From an uncultured Clostridia bacterium (GTDB taxonomy: Bacteria; Bacillota; Clostridia; TANB77; CAG-465): a stretch of DNA of 64,000 bases. Location: contig CALXJI010000004.1 in NCBI GenBank assembly GCA_944388585.1, positions 58,156 to 122,155 on the forward strand, read 5' to 3'. Under the pieces are notes generated by a model. It worked only from the letters and a program-made list of their open reading frames with translations. It ran no database searches and was not told the origin of the DNA. This document shows, one piece after another, positions 7,613-18,480 of this stretch. The first letter of the stretch is position 1, and each line of letters begins with the position of its first letter. The position numbers and the translations under genes were made by a program.

Positions 7613-9546
7613 TATTCTCCCTTTTCTTTCAACTCTTTACATATAAACTCTGCAATATCCATGCTTGCATTTCTATTTATGTATTTTCTTTGGTTTATTA
7701 CCATCTCTTTTTGTAATTTTTCATCAGTTAATAATTTCTTTGTATTTTTTATAACTTCTTCTTTAGTATCACTTTTTATTGACATTTTTAAATTTTGAAA
7801 AAAGTTAGAATTATAGTTTTCGCATCCAGGTATTGGCATTGTATGTATAAAAGGCTTACCTATAGTTGCAATTTCTGTTGTTGTTAGACCTCCAGGTTTT
7901 GTAAGAATAATATTAGAAGCCTTTATATAAAGATTTAATTTATCTGTAAATGGTAATAAGATAATTTTATCATTTCCTTCATATTCATTTTTTAGTTCGT
8001 TTAATAACTCATTGTTATTTCCACAAGATATTATAAAATTAGCATCTTTTATCTCGCTAATTAAATCTTTGATTAATCCTTTTATATTCCCAAATCCCAT
8101 ACTTCCTGTTAAAATTAATATATATTTTTCATCATTTTTTAAATTTAGTTCTTTTCTTACTTCTTCTATTTTATAATCTTGACTACACTCAAGTTGCACT
8201 GGTATTCCTAAAGGTATAAGCTTTTTTTCTTCTATTCCTTTTTTCATAAAATCTGCTTTTAGTTTTTCACTTGGAATTATGAAATAATCTGGATTAGTTT
8301 CCTCCCAAAAAGGAATACTTACATAATCTGTTGCAATAGCAATAAAATGAATATCATGCTCTTTTTTTATTGCAGTTAAAGCTTGAGCTGCAAATAGATG
8401 TGTAGTAACAACATAATCATAAAAATTATTTTCTATATAATAATATAATTTATTTCCATTTAACTTATTTAATGTATATATTGGAGATTTTAATCTTGTC
8501 TTTTGATACAACTTTCCTAAATTATATACATGCTTAAATACTTTGCCTTCATTATTTGTTGAATTTATATATAAATTATTTACAGTATCTTTTAAATTAG
8601 GTCTAGTTATTTCTAAATATTCTTTAAAATCTGCTTGTATATTTTTTACATTTAAAGCTTGTTTTACTGCTTTTGCTGCTGAATTATGTCCTCCGCCTGT
8701 GCCACATGAAAGTATCAGTACTTTTTTTGGCTTATTCTTTTTAATTTGTTTTAATATCTTATTATAAAAACAATCTAAGCTTCCAATATATTCTTTATTC
8801 CATGGTTTATTTCTTCCACAATAATGTATAATAACTGTATTTTTTATAATCCATTTTAAGGTTATTTTATTTTTTGAATTATTAATATTGAATTTATACC
8901 AAGCTATCTCACTTAAGTTATATTTTAGTTCATCTATTAATTTAATTTTATTTCCAAAAAGAGATACTATTATATCTTGATCTGGTAAAAGTAGTCTTTT
9001 TTGATTTTTCTCTATAAATTTTATTATTTTATCTTTTACATCTATTTTTCTTAGTTCTTTTAAATTAATTAGAAGAACACCAGTATTTACATACGGTTCA
9101 TCTTCTTGAATATTTAGTCTAATTTCATTAAATTTATGTAATACTTTACTTATATGTGTAGCTGCAATATAATAATTATCTTCAAAATCCATATTATATA
9201 GTTCTTTTAAATCGTTAATTACAACAGTATCACAATCTAAATATAATATTCTATCTATATCACTTGGTAAATAATCACTTGCAAATAGTCTAAAATAAAT
9301 TTCTACAGGATATCTTTTTTCTATAACAGGAAATGTATCAATTTCACTATCAGGTATTTTTACATCTATTACACTAAAGTTTTTCGAATCTAAATTTACA
9401 GTTATATTTTCAAGATCATCCTTATCTAAATTTTTATTTAAAACATATATATTAAATTTTTCTTCTTTATTAGAATATGCTATTGAATTTAATAATACAT
9501 TTAATTGCCTTATATATTTTTTATTTACTGATGTTAAAATATTCAT
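7612..9546 (-). CDS. Fused glycosyltransferase: N-terminal GT8 plus C-terminal MGDG-synthase/UgtP-like GT28
   Basis: GT8 motifs YLDCD, PDQD, HYCGRNKPW; GT28 motifs SCGTGGGH, ATDY, TKPGGLT. Confidence 0.85.
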   Translation of the reverse strand: MNILTSVNKKYIRQLNVLLNSIAYSNKEEKFNIYVLNKNLDKDDLENITVNLDSKNFSVIDVKIPDSEIDTFPVIEKRYPVEIYFRLFASDYLPSDIDRILYLDCDTVVINDLKELYNMDFEDNYYIAATHISKVLHKFNEIRLNIQEDEPYVNTGVLLINLKELRKIDVKDKIIKFIEKNQKRLLLPDQDIIVSLFGNKIKLIDELKYNLSEIAWYKFNINNSKNKITLKWIIKNTVIIHYCGRNKPWNKEYIGSLDCFYNKILKQIKKNKPKKVLILSCGTGGGHNSAAKAVKQALNVKNIQADFKEYLEITRPNLKDTVNNLYINSTNNEGKVFKHVYNLGKLYQKTRLKSPIYTLNKLNGNKLYYYIENNFYDYVVTTHLFAAQALTAIKKEHDIHFIAIATDYVSIPFWEETNPDYFIIPSEKLKADFMKKGIEEKKLIPLGIPVQLECSQDYKIEEVRKELNLKNDEKYILILTGSMGFGNIKGLIKDLISEIKDANFIISCGNNNELLNELKNEYEGNDKIILLPFTDKLNLYIKASNIILTKPGGLTTTEIATIGKPFIHTMPIPGCENYNSNFFQNLKMSIKSDTKEEVIKNTKKLLTDEKLQKEMVINQRKYINRNASMDIAEFICKELKEKGE

Positions 9547-9674
9547 ATTTTTCCTTTCGCTATATTTTGATATTATTCGTCAACTCTTTTAAAATTTTAC
9601 CATATATTTACTAATTTGTCTATTTAATTATACTGTCTAAAAATTTAATTATTTCTAAATTTAATATAAAAAAT

Positions 9675-9699
9675 AAAGCACTTTAAACTAAGCACTTTA
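9675..9699 (-). terminator. Terminator of rlmD
   Basis: AAAGTGCTT-loop-AAGTGCTTT stem with G-U pairs, then a T-rich tail. Confidence 0.5.
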
Positions 9700-11058
9700 C
9701 TTTTTTAACTCTAAATTTGTTACAACTTCACAATGCACACTATTTGGAAAAAGATCTACTGGTACTACTTTACCTATGTCATAATATGTACTTAAAAGCT
9801 TTAAATCACGTGCAAGTGTTGCAGGTGAGCAACTTACATAACCAATTTTTTTAGGTCTAAATTTTATAATATATTCTATACTTTCTAAATCTAAGCCTTT
9901 TCTTGGTGGATCAATTACTATGACATCCGGATGAATGTTTCTTTTTTCAAATTCTACTATTTTCTTATCTACGCTTCCTGCAATATACTCTGCATTTTTT
10001 ACATTATTTGCCTCTAAATTTAAATTTGCCATTTTAACAGCCTGCTCTTCTATTTCAATTCCGTATACTTTTTTTACATTACTGCTTAAAAATATTCCTA
10101 TTGAACCTACTCCGCTATATAAATCAAAAAGAATCTCATCACCTTTTAAATTTAAAAGCTCTTTTAATTTATTATACAATACTTCTGCTTGTACTGTATT
10201 TACTTGAAAAAAAGATTTTGAGCTTATATAATACTTATATTCTCCTATATAATCTGTAATGTATTCTACGCCATATACAAGCTTTTCTTCTTCACCTAAT
10301 ATTTCATTTGTTTTAGATGGATTAAAATTTAATATTATGCTTTTGATTTTATCGTTACTTTCTTTTAAGATTTTAACTATTTCCTCTATTCTTACATCTT
10401 CAAAAATTTCTTTTTTATTTACTACAATAACTATCATAGTCTCGTTTGTATGATATCCTCTTCTAATTAGAATATGACGTATATCTCCTTGATTAGTTTG
10501 TTCATTATATCCTACAAATCCTTTCAAAAGCAATAATTTAAATACTTCTTTAGAGAGTCTATCAATATCTTGATTTTGAATTAAACATTCCTCATTTTCT
10601 ATTACTTCATGGCTTCTTTTGGCATAAAATCCTATTTTATTTTTTCCATCTTTACCAATTCTTACAGGATACTGTGCTTTATTTCTGTAATTATATGGTA
10701 TTCCCATTCCTATTACTTTATCTAAAGATTCATATTTTACATCCTGTTTTTCCAAAGTATTTTTTACATTTTCATACTTTATTTCAAGTTGTGCCCTATA
10801 TTTTATATGCTGAGCTGAACACCCACCACATCTTTTATATACACTACAAAAAGGAGTTTGCCTTTTAGAACTCTCTTCTATTATTTTTTCAATTTTCCCT
10901 ATACAAAAGTTTTTATTTACTTTTATTATTTTAGTAAGTACTTTTTCTCCCTTTATAGCGTCAGGTACAAATACCACTTTATTGTCTACTCTTGAAATTC
11001 CCTCAAAATTTATTCCGTTATCTAAAATTTCTAACTCAATCTCATCATTTTTATTCAA
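9697..11058 (-). CDS. rlmD: 23S rRNA (uracil-C5)-methyltransferase RlmD
   Basis: TRAM domain, C..YKRCGGC cluster, SFFQVN, DPPRKG, YVSC. Confidence 0.92.
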   Translation of the reverse strand: MNKNDEIELEILDNGINFEGISRVDNKVVFVPDAIKGEKVLTKIIKVNKNFCIGKIEKIIEESSKRQTPFCSVYKRCGGCSAQHIKYRAQLEIKYENVKNTLEKQDVKYESLDKVIGMGIPYNYRNKAQYPVRIGKDGKNKIGFYAKRSHEVIENEECLIQNQDIDRLSKEVFKLLLLKGFVGYNEQTNQGDIRHILIRRGYHTNETMIVIVVNKKEIFEDVRIEEIVKILKESNDKIKSIILNFNPSKTNEILGEEEKLVYGVEYITDYIGEYKYYISSKSFFQVNTVQAEVLYNKLKELLNLKGDEILFDLYSGVGSIGIFLSSNVKKVYGIEIEEQAVKMANLNLEANNVKNAEYIAGSVDKKIVEFEKRNIHPDVIVIDPPRKGLDLESIEYIIKFRPKKIGYVSCSPATLARDLKLLSTYYDIGKVVPVDLFPNSVHCEVVTNLELKK

Positions 11059-11199
11059 AATTATTCCACCTTTTTCCTAACTTTTAAAATTATATCATAA
11101 CATAATAAAATAATTCAACACTTATTTTGTAACCATTTATTTTTTTTTGAATATAGTATAGTAGTTGAAAGTCAACTAAAAACAAAGGAGTTGAAATGT

Positions 11200-11331
11200 A
11201 TGTGCATAGATAGTGATAATATTATATGGCTAATAATCCTAGTCTTAATACTCATTATTTTATACTTTATATGTAACGAAAGAACTTCATCTACACCATT
11301 AAACTTCGATACTTTCTTTGAAAGTAATTAG
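11200..11331 (+). CDS. 43-aa single-TM microprotein (not in ORF track)
   Basis: AAGGAG RBS; MCIDSDNIIWLIILVLILIILYFICNERTSSTPLNFDTFFESN. Confidence 0.65.
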   Translation: MCIDSDNIIWLIILVLILIILYFICNERTSSTPLNFDTFFESN

Positions 11332-11360
11332 AAGTTTATATATAAAGAGAGGTGAACAGA

Positions 11361-11519
11361 ATGATGGATGAAAGATGCGGATGTGGCAACTGTGGTGGTT
11401 GTGGATGCAATAACTGCGGATGCGGCGGATTCGGTGGTAATGGATTCTTCGGAGGAGGAAACTGCTGCTGTATTTGGATCGTATTAATAATTATAGTTCT
11501 TTGTTGCTGTTGTTGCTAA
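11361..11519 (+). CDS. 52-aa Cys/Gly-rich peptide with hydrophobic C-terminal helix (YjcZ/SscA-like architecture)
   Basis: GAGGTG RBS; MMDERCGCGNCGGCGCNNCGCGGFGGNGFFGGGNCCCIWIVLIIIVLCCCCC; followed by a terminator. Confidence 0.8.
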   Translation: MMDERCGCGNCGGCGCNNCGCGGFGGNGFFGGGNCCCIWIVLIIIVLCCCCC

Positions 11520-11536
11520 TTGCACATAAATACATA

Positions 11537-11566
11537 AAGGTGGAAGAAAAAAATCTCTTCCACCTT
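11537..11566. terminator. Bidirectional terminator between the Cys-rich peptide and uvrA
   Basis: AAGGTGGAAGA / TCTTCCACCTT perfect 11-bp stem between convergent genes. Confidence 0.8.
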
Positions 11567-11572
11567 ATTTTT

Positions 11573-14407
11573 TTATAATATTTTTCTTAAAAATTCTCCT
11601 GTATAGCTTTCATTTACCTTTGCTACTTGCTCTGGTGTTCCTGTTGCTACAACTTGACCACCTTCGTCTCCTCCTTCTGGACCTAAATCTATTATATTGT
11701 CTGCACTCTTTATTACATCTAAGTTATGTTCAATTACAACAAGTGTATTTCCACCATCAACAAGTCTTTGTAATATATCTATTAATTTATGTACATCTGC
11801 CATATGAAGCCCTGTTGTTGGCTCATCTAATATATACATTGTTTTTCCTGTTGATCTTTTAGATAATTCTGTTGCAAGCTTAATTCTTTGTGCCTCTCCT
11901 CCAGATAAAGTAGTAGATGGTTGACCAATCTTTATATATCCAAGTCCCACATCCATTAATGTTTGTAGTTTATTTTTTATAGTAGGAATATTTTTGAAAA
12001 ATTCAAGTCCTTCTTCTACTGTCATATCTAATACATCACTTATACTTTTTCCTTTATATTTTACTTCTAAAGTTTCTCTTGAATATCTTTTTCCTTTACA
12101 AACTTCGCATGGAACGTACACATCCGGTAAAAAATTCATCTCAATTTTAATAATACCATCTCCTGAACATGCTTCACATCTTCCACCAGGTATATTAAAA
12201 CTAAATCTTCCCTTAGCATATCCTCTAAGTTTTGCCTCATTAGTATTAGCAAATATTTCTCTTATTGCATCAAACATTCCTGTATAAGTTGCAGGATTCG
12301 AACGAGGTGTTCTTCCAATTGGAGATTGATCTATATTTATTACTTTATCAAAAAAATCTAAACCTTTTATTTTATCATACTTGCCAGGTCTTTCAAATGC
12401 CCTATTAATATCTCGTGCCATTGTTTTATATAGTATCTCATTTACTAGTGTAGATTTTCCAGATCCAGATACCCCTGTTACACATGTAAATACTCCAACA
12501 GGAATTTTTACATTAATGTTTTTTAAATTATGCTCTTTAGCTCCCTTTATTTCTAGATATCCTACACTTGTTTTTCTTCTTGTTTTTGGTACTGGAATTT
12601 TTAACTTTCCACTTAAGTATTTTCCGGTAATTGATTCTTCACAATTTAAAATATCTTGTGGCTTTCCTGCAAAAACTACCTCTCCACCATGAACTCCTGC
12701 TCCTGGTCCTATATCCACAATAAAATCTGACTGTCTCATAGTATCATCATCATGTTCTACTACAATTAATGTATTGCCTAAATCTCTCATCTTCTTTAAA
12801 GAGTTAAGAAGTTTTTCATTATCTTTTTGATGCAGTCCAATACTTGGTTCGTCTAGTATATATAATACTCCTGTAAGTCCTGATCCTATTTGAGTTGCAA
12901 GTCTTATTCTTTGTGATTCTCCTCCAGATAAAGTTCCTGCACTTCTTGCAAGAGTTAAATAGCTAAGTCCAACATCTATTAAAAATTGTAATCTTGAATT
13001 TAGCTCTTTTACAATTTGCTCTGCAATTGTTTTATCTTTCTTGCCCATTTTTTCATATTCTTTATTTATATAATCTTTTATATATACAATATTTTTACAA
13101 CATAATTCATGAATATTAAGTTTTCCAATTGTTACAGCTAAACTTTCTTTTTTAAGCCTTGCACCATCACAATAATCACAATGAGTACTAGACATAAATC
13201 CCTCGTAAAATGTTTTCATTCCTTGAGATTTTGTCTCATTAAATCTTCTTTGCAAAGTATTTATTACTCCCTCAAACTCATTTTCAAACTCACGTTGCAT
13301 TGTTCTTGTATTATGCTTAAATTTTATTTTCTCACCTTTACTTCCATAAAGTAATACATCCATAAAATTCTTTGGTAAGTCTTTTAATTTTGTATTTGGA
13401 TCTACATTATAATGCTTACATAACCCTTCTATATACATCTTGCTTATTCCATCTATAATACTTCCAGATCCAGTCCATCCTTGAATTGCTCCATAATCAT
13501 TTAAACGTTTTTCCTTATTTGGCATAATTTTTTCTGGATCAATGCTTAATATTTCACCAAGTCCTGTACAATATGGACATGCACCAAATGGACTGTTAAA
13601 TGAAAACATTCTTGGAGTTAGCTCTTCTAGGCTAATTCCACAATCCACACACGCATAGTTTTGTGAAAATACCTGTTCTGTATCATCATCTAATCTATGT
13701 ATAATAACTAAGTTTTCAGCATATTTTAATGCAAGTTCTACTGAATCTGCAAGTCTTTTTCTAATATCATCTCTTACAACAAGTCTATCAACAACCACTT
13801 CTATATTATGCTTTTTTTGCTTATCTAATTGTGGTATCTCTTCAGATAAATCATAAGTCTCTCCATCTATTCTTGCACGTATAAATCCATCTTTTAATAC
13901 TCTTTCAAATACTTTTACATGTTCTCCCTTTCTTCCTCTTACAATAGGAGTCATAACAAGTATTTTAGTACCTTCTGGATATTCAAGTATTTGATCTACC
14001 ATCTCATCTACAGTCTGTCTTTTTATTCTTTTTCCACATTTGGGGCAATGAGGTATACCTACTCTTGCATAAAGTAGTCTTAAATAATCATATATCTCTG
14101 TTACAGTACCAACAGTAGAACGAGGATTTTTAGATGTTGTTTTTTGATCAATAGATATTGCAGGAGATAATCCTTCAATATACTCAACATTTGGCTTTTC
14201 CATTATTCCTAAAAACTGTCTTGCATATGAAGACAAAGACTCAACATATCTTCTTTGTCCCTCTGCATAAATTGTATCAAACGCTAAAGAAGACTTTCCT
14301 GATCCAGAAAGTCCAGTAAATACAACAAGTTTATCTCTTGGTATTTCTAAATCAATATTTTTTAAATTGTTTTCTTTTGCACCTTTTATAATTAATTTAT
14401 CGTTCAT
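11573..14407 (-). CDS. uvrA: Excinuclease ABC subunit A
   Basis: Two ABC ATPase domains ([21 protein letters not shown]), zinc fingers; start at ATG 14407. Confidence 0.97.
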   Translation of the reverse strand: MNDKLIIKGAKENNLKNIDLEIPRDKLVVFTGLSGSGKSSLAFDTIYAEGQRRYVESLSSYARQFLGIMEKPNVEYIEGLSPAISIDQKTTSKNPRSTVGTVTEIYDYLRLLYARVGIPHCPKCGKRIKRQTVDEMVDQILEYPEGTKILVMTPIVRGRKGEHVKVFERVLKDGFIRARIDGETYDLSEEIPQLDKQKKHNIEVVVDRLVVRDDIRKRLADSVELALKYAENLVIIHRLDDDTEQVFSQNYACVDCGISLEELTPRMFSFNSPFGACPYCTGLGEILSIDPEKIMPNKEKRLNDYGAIQGWTGSGSIIDGISKMYIEGLCKHYNVDPNTKLKDLPKNFMDVLLYGSKGEKIKFKHNTRTMQREFENEFEGVINTLQRRFNETKSQGMKTFYEGFMSSTHCDYCDGARLKKESLAVTIGKLNIHELCCKNIVYIKDYINKEYEKMGKKDKTIAEQIVKELNSRLQFLIDVGLSYLTLARSAGTLSGGESQRIRLATQIGSGLTGVLYILDEPSIGLHQKDNEKLLNSLKKMRDLGNTLIVVEHDDDTMRQSDFIVDIGPGAGVHGGEVVFAGKPQDILNCEESITGKYLSGKLKIPVPKTRRKTSVGYLEIKGAKEHNLKNINVKIPVGVFTCVTGVSGSGKSTLVNEILYKTMARDINRAFERPGKYDKIKGLDFFDKVINIDQSPIGRTPRSNPATYTGMFDAIREIFANTNEAKLRGYAKGRFSFNIPGGRCEACSGDGIIKIEMNFLPDVYVPCEVCKGKRYSRETLEVKYKGKSISDVLDMTVEEGLEFFKNIPTIKNKLQTLMDVGLGYIKIGQPSTTLSGGEAQRIKLATELSKRSTGKTMYILDEPTTGLHMADVHKLIDILQRLVDGGNTLVVIEHNLDVIKSADNIIDLGPEGGDEGGQVVATGTPEQVAKVNESYTGEFLRKIL

Positions 14408-14432
14408 ATTCTCACCTTTTTTATTCTTACGT

Positions 14433-14482
14433 ATTATACCACACATATTATTTTTTTACAACATTTATTAGAACAAATGTAC
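14433..14482 (-). promoter_or_regulatory. SigA promoter of uvrA with a LexA (Cheo)-like box
   Basis: TTGTAA-17-TATAAT with extended TG; GAACAAATGTAC at 14471-14482 is one mismatch from GAAC-N4-GTTC. Confidence 0.6.
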
Positions 14483-14520
14483 GTTTTTAAATAATTAAAA
14501 TAAAACACCACTAAGGTGAA

Positions 14521-15384
14521 TTATTTTAATTTTCTTACTTCTGTTCTCATCACATTATCGTTTACAAATGAATTTACCACCTCATACTTATCTTCAGGTA
14601 AAAGCTCCTCTATAAATGTAACAGACGGTACATAATGCCATTTGCCTCCAACTTTAAGTGAATTTAATATGTTCATATATGTTTGAGCATATTCGATACA
14701 TTCCTCATCGTTTTGTTCTTCTAAATTTGCTTGATTAAAATACTTTGTAAATGATAAATTTGATGTAATAAGGCTATATGTATCTTTTGGATATTCTTTT
14801 TGTAACCAATCCTCTTGTTCTAAAATGTCGCTATCTTCACAGTTCATATCCACTCCATATGCCTGTATCCCTTTTTGTCTTAAAAAATTTACAAGTTCTC
14901 CTTTTTTTCCACAACCTATATCTAATACTTTTCCTTCTATATTTTCTAGATTAACATTTAAAACTTTTAATATAAATTCTGGTGAATAACTTAATTTTTC
15001 TTTATCATCATCACTTTTAGTTGTAAAATCATTTATAAAATTTCTTACTCTTACAAAATGTTCTAAAGCAATTTTTTCATAGTTCATATTAAAATTTGAA
15101 ACATCTTCAATAAGCTTATGATAAATATCTAATATTTCATTGCAGTCTTTTTGTGTAAATCTATTAGTTTGTGCTCCTTTTGCAAGATTTGTCATAAAGC
15201 TTTTAGCAAGTTTATTCATTACTTTAGTATACTCATCAGTGTTCATAGCATTTATAATTTTTTCACGATACTCATTTTCAAATGAATCTTTATACTCTGT
15301 ATTTCTTTTATTTAAAATTAAATTCTCAAAGCTTTTTCCCTCAAAAGCAGTTAATATATATGAATATATCTCTTCTGTATTCAT
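14521..15384 (-). CDS. Class I SAM-dependent methyltransferase
   Basis: VLDIGCG motif I, YSPEF, SNLSF. Confidence 0.7.
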   Translation of the reverse strand: MNTEEIYSYILTAFEGKSFENLILNKRNTEYKDSFENEYREKIINAMNTDEYTKVMNKLAKSFMTNLAKGAQTNRFTQKDCNEILDIYHKLIEDVSNFNMNYEKIALEHFVRVRNFINDFTTKSDDDKEKLSYSPEFILKVLNVNLENIEGKVLDIGCGKKGELVNFLRQKGIQAYGVDMNCEDSDILEQEDWLQKEYPKDTYSLITSNLSFTKYFNQANLEEQNDEECIEYAQTYMNILNSLKVGGKWHYVPSVTFIEELLPEDKYEVVNSFVNDNVMRTEVRKLK

Positions 15385-15427
15385 TTTTTCCCTCCAAATC
15401 AACAATAATATTATATCACATATTATG

Positions 15428-16039
15428 TCAATTTTCTAGATGTGGAGTATAATTTTGATAATCATATTTAATATTTTTATCATCATCAATTACTATTTTT
15501 GAAATAGATGTTTTTGCTATCTTTAAAACTTTAACTTTATTTGTCCATTTAATATTATTTATCACGTGATAAATAATAGAGATAACACCAGCATGGGTTA
15601 CTATCATAAGATTTTCTATATCACTATTTTCATCTATAATTTCAAAAAAAGCTTTTTTTATCCTTTCAAAAAACTCTCTTGGACTTTCTCCTTGTGGAAA
15701 TCTTTCATCATATTCTAAATTTGAAAAAAATGCATTAGGATATTCTTTTACTGCCTTCTCATTTAACATACCAGCAAAAATACCATTATTATTTTCTCTT
15801 AGTCTTTGATCATACATTATAGGTACTTGTAATTTTTCATTTATAATATCTGCTGTCATTTTTGCTCTAGTTAGATCACTACTAATTATTTTTTCTATAT
15901 TAAATTCACTTTTGTGATTATATAAATACTCTCCTAATTTTTCACATTTTCTTATTCCTTCTTCTACAAGTGGAAGCTCACTCCATCCACCTCTATACCT
16001 TTCATCATCGTCTCCATGTCTTACTAAATAAATATTCAT
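15428..16039 (-). CDS. Histidine phosphatase (PGM family)
   Basis: LVRHG, SSDLTRA, VTHAG. Confidence 0.85.
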   Translation of the reverse strand: MNIYLVRHGDDDERYRGGWSELPLVEEGIRKCEKLGEYLYNHKSEFNIEKIISSDLTRAKMTADIINEKLQVPIMYDQRLRENNNGIFAGMLNEKAVKEYPNAFFSNLEYDERFPQGESPREFFERIKKAFFEIIDENSDIENLMIVTHAGVISIIYHVINNIKWTNKVKVLKIAKTSISKIVIDDDKNIKYDYQNYTPHLEN

Positions 16040-16186
16040 AAACTCTCTCCTAACTTGATTTTGCTTTATTTTACCAAAATATTTATAGTTTTTCAATAAA
16101 ATTAAAAATATATGTTAATTTTAATTTTTATTTAAATTACTCTTAATATATGATATTATATTATTATGTATTTATAGGAGGTAGAC

Positions 16187-17359
16187 ATGAAAACTTTCAA
16201 AAAAATAGTTAAAATATTTTTTGTCTATATGATATTATTTTTTGTTTTTTACACTTTACATTTTTGTGATGAAAATGGCGTAATAGAAGAACTAATAGTA
16301 AATGGCTCCAAAGTTCCAACAAGTAATGTAATTTCTTATATTGCAACTGCATTAATTATACCTTTAATTGTGACAATAGCGTTAAATATGCCACTTATTA
16401 TTGCAATTATAATTGCAAACATAGTATTAAAGAAAAATAATAAAGAATTTTACAATAAAGATTCTATAGATAAAAAAACTGATGATTTACAATATTATAG
16501 AGAAGTGCTTAGTAGCTACTCACCTGCTGAATTAAATTATGTTTATTCTGCAAATACACAGTTTCCAAAAGATGCTGTTACTACATTGCTTTCTTTAAAG
16601 TTAAAAAAAATAATTGATTTAAATAATGAAAATAATACTATAACAATTCTTAAAGATGACGCTAATATTTCAAATTCAGAAAAATATGTACTAAATAAAA
16701 TTAAGGATGAAAAACTAAAAAATTTTGAACCTATTAAATACCAACAAATAGTACAAGAAGATGTAGAAAATAAACATCTTACTAATAAAGGATCTAAAAA
16801 AAACATGTCCGCATTCTCTATGTTGTTTATTGCTATAATTATTATTTTACTTTTCTTTATAATAGTATTTGCATTACCAAGTGAAGGAATTTTAGGATTT
16901 ATTTCGGTTATATTAATACCATTAATTTTTATTATTTTATCTTTGGGAATTCCTGGTATTATATTATATTGTATCTTAAGAACATATAATCCATATAAAT
17001 TATCCAAAGAAGGAAAGCAACTAAGAAAAAAACTTTTGGGATTAAAAAACTACATTACTCAATTTTCTTTATTACAAGAAAAAGATATTAAAGACTTAAT
17101 AGTCTGGGAAGATTATTTAATATATTCAATAATTTTTGATTTAAATGATGACTTAATATCTAAAATACAAGAAAAATATATAGTATTTGATACAACTGAT
17201 ACACAAACAGCCAAAAACTATTGTGAAGACTCTAACAATGAAGAAAAACGAATAAGATATGTAAATAGCAATAATGAAGAATTTAACAAAGCTGCAGATA
17301 AAATAATTGGAAATATTATTAATTATATAAAAAACATAAAAAAAAGGAATGAAAAATAG
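16187..17359 (+). CDS. DUF2207-like membrane protein
   Basis: YYRE...YSPAE, GLKNYI..FS, WEDYLIYS motifs; several TM helices. Confidence 0.6.
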   Translation: MKTFKKIVKIFFVYMILFFVFYTLHFCDENGVIEELIVNGSKVPTSNVISYIATALIIPLIVTIALNMPLIIAIIIANIVLKKNNKEFYNKDSIDKKTDDLQYYREVLSSYSPAELNYVYSANTQFPKDAVTTLLSLKLKKIIDLNNENNTITILKDDANISNSEKYVLNKIKDEKLKNFEPIKYQQIVQEDVENKHLTNKGSKKNMSAFSMLFIAIIIILLFFIIVFALPSEGILGFISVILIPLIFIILSLGIPGIILYCILRTYNPYKLSKEGKQLRKKLLGLKNYITQFSLLQEKDIKDLIVWEDYLIYSIIFDLNDDLISKIQEKYIVFDTTDTQTAKNYCEDSNNEEKRIRYVNSNNEEFNKAADKIIGNIINYIKNIKKRNEK

Positions 17360-17369
17360 TTCATTCCTT

Positions 17370-17801
17370 TTAACATATTTTATCATGACGTATTTCAATT
17401 CCATTGGTATTTAAATAATAATCATGTTTTGCTATTATATCATTAATATTACTTTTTATATCCATAATATTATAACAGTTTATAACTACTATATGACTTT
17501 GTAAAAAGCACATATATCCATTTACCTTGTTAATAAAACTCTCACTCCCATTTATTACTAATATTATATTCTCATTTACATAGTCATTAGTAACTTCCTC
17601 ATTTAGCCATTCCATGTATAATATTTTTTCATTTAAGTTTTTAAAATATTTATTAACAATATTTTTTAATTTTTCTTTTTCACTCCTCTCATTTATATAA
17701 ATTACTTTTGCATTTGAAAACTCCCTTGAAATAAAATTATTTGCTACTATACACGAATGTGTATAATTTGCAACAAAAGAACAAACCTTAATATTTTTCA
17801 T
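17370..17801 (-). CDS. Hypothetical protein
   Basis: 143-aa ORF with GAGGTG RBS. Confidence 0.6.
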   Translation of the reverse strand: MKNIKVCSFVANYTHSCIVANNFISREFSNAKVIYINERSEKEKLKNIVNKYFKNLNEKILYMEWLNEEVTNDYVNENIILVINGSESFINKVNGYMCFLQSHIVVINCYNIMDIKSNINDIIAKHDYYLNTNGIEIRHDKIC

Positions 17802-17934
17802 TAAAAAACACCTCTGCGCTATATTTTAAAACATCATGAGTAAGAATTTTGTTTTAATATAGTATATGACATTTTTAGATCTTTTTATTTTTTTAAATCA
17901 TAAAAAATTACACATCATATTTATAGGTGATAAA

Positions 17935-18159
17935 ATGAAAAATTTAAAAAAATATATAACAATTTACCTATATGTCTTTATAATATTTACATCTATACTA
18001 CCTACTAAAGAAAATATGATTAATTTAAAAGAATTAAAAACTATAATTCCTGGTATACAAACTCTATACAATGATGAAGATAATTCTAAAAATAACAATC
18101 AAAATAATGAATATTCATTTAAAATATTAGAAATTTTTAAAAATATTTTTAAATTGTAA
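17935..18159 (+). CDS. Small secreted or membrane-anchored hypothetical protein
   Basis: AGGTGA RBS before ATG 17935; N-terminal hydrophobic segment. Confidence 0.5.
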   Translation: MKNLKKYITIYLYVFIIFTSILPTKENMINLKELKTIIPGIQTLYNDEDNSKNNNQNNEYSFKILEIFKNIFKL

Positions 18160-18217
18160 TATATATTCAAAAAACACACAAAATATTTATGACAAATATT
18201 TTTGTCAGGAGGTATTT

Positions 18218-18433
18218 ATGAAAGCTTTATATAATATAATGCTAACTCTAGTTATAATAGGTGCAATAAACTGGGGAATATTAGGCTTATTTAAAATGGA
18301 CCTTATTGGTTCCATATTTGGTGGAATGACTAGTACTATAAGCAGAATAATATTTGTTCTTGTTGGCTTATGTGGACTTGGAGCTATAGCTCTTTATGGT
18401 CCAATAAACGAAGAAGAAAGAAATCATTCTTAG
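18218..18433 (+). CDS. DUF378 domain protein
   Basis: LVIIGAINWGILG...SRIIFVLVG. Confidence 0.85.
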   Translation: MKALYNIMLTLVIIGAINWGILGLFKMDLIGSIFGGMTSTISRIIFVLVGLCGLGAIALYGPINEEERNHS

Positions 18434-18441
18434 TACCTATT

Positions 18442-18480
18442 AAAAAAACATCTAGATTTTTATTTTCTAGATGTTTTTTT
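18442..18480. terminator. Bidirectional terminator
   Basis: AAAAAAACATCTAGA / TCTAGATGTTTTTTT inverted repeat between convergent genes. Confidence 0.6.

Noticed and set aside
9600-9760. rlmD 3' end as an ICE integration site
   Set aside because: A known hotspot in other Firmicutes, but no recombinase or duplicated att sequence is visible; a normal terminator and promoter follow.
11361-11519. Cys-rich peptide as a RiPP precursor
   Set aside because: No radical SAM, LanM/LanBC, YcaO, peptidase or exporter nearby, and it ends in a TM-like helix.
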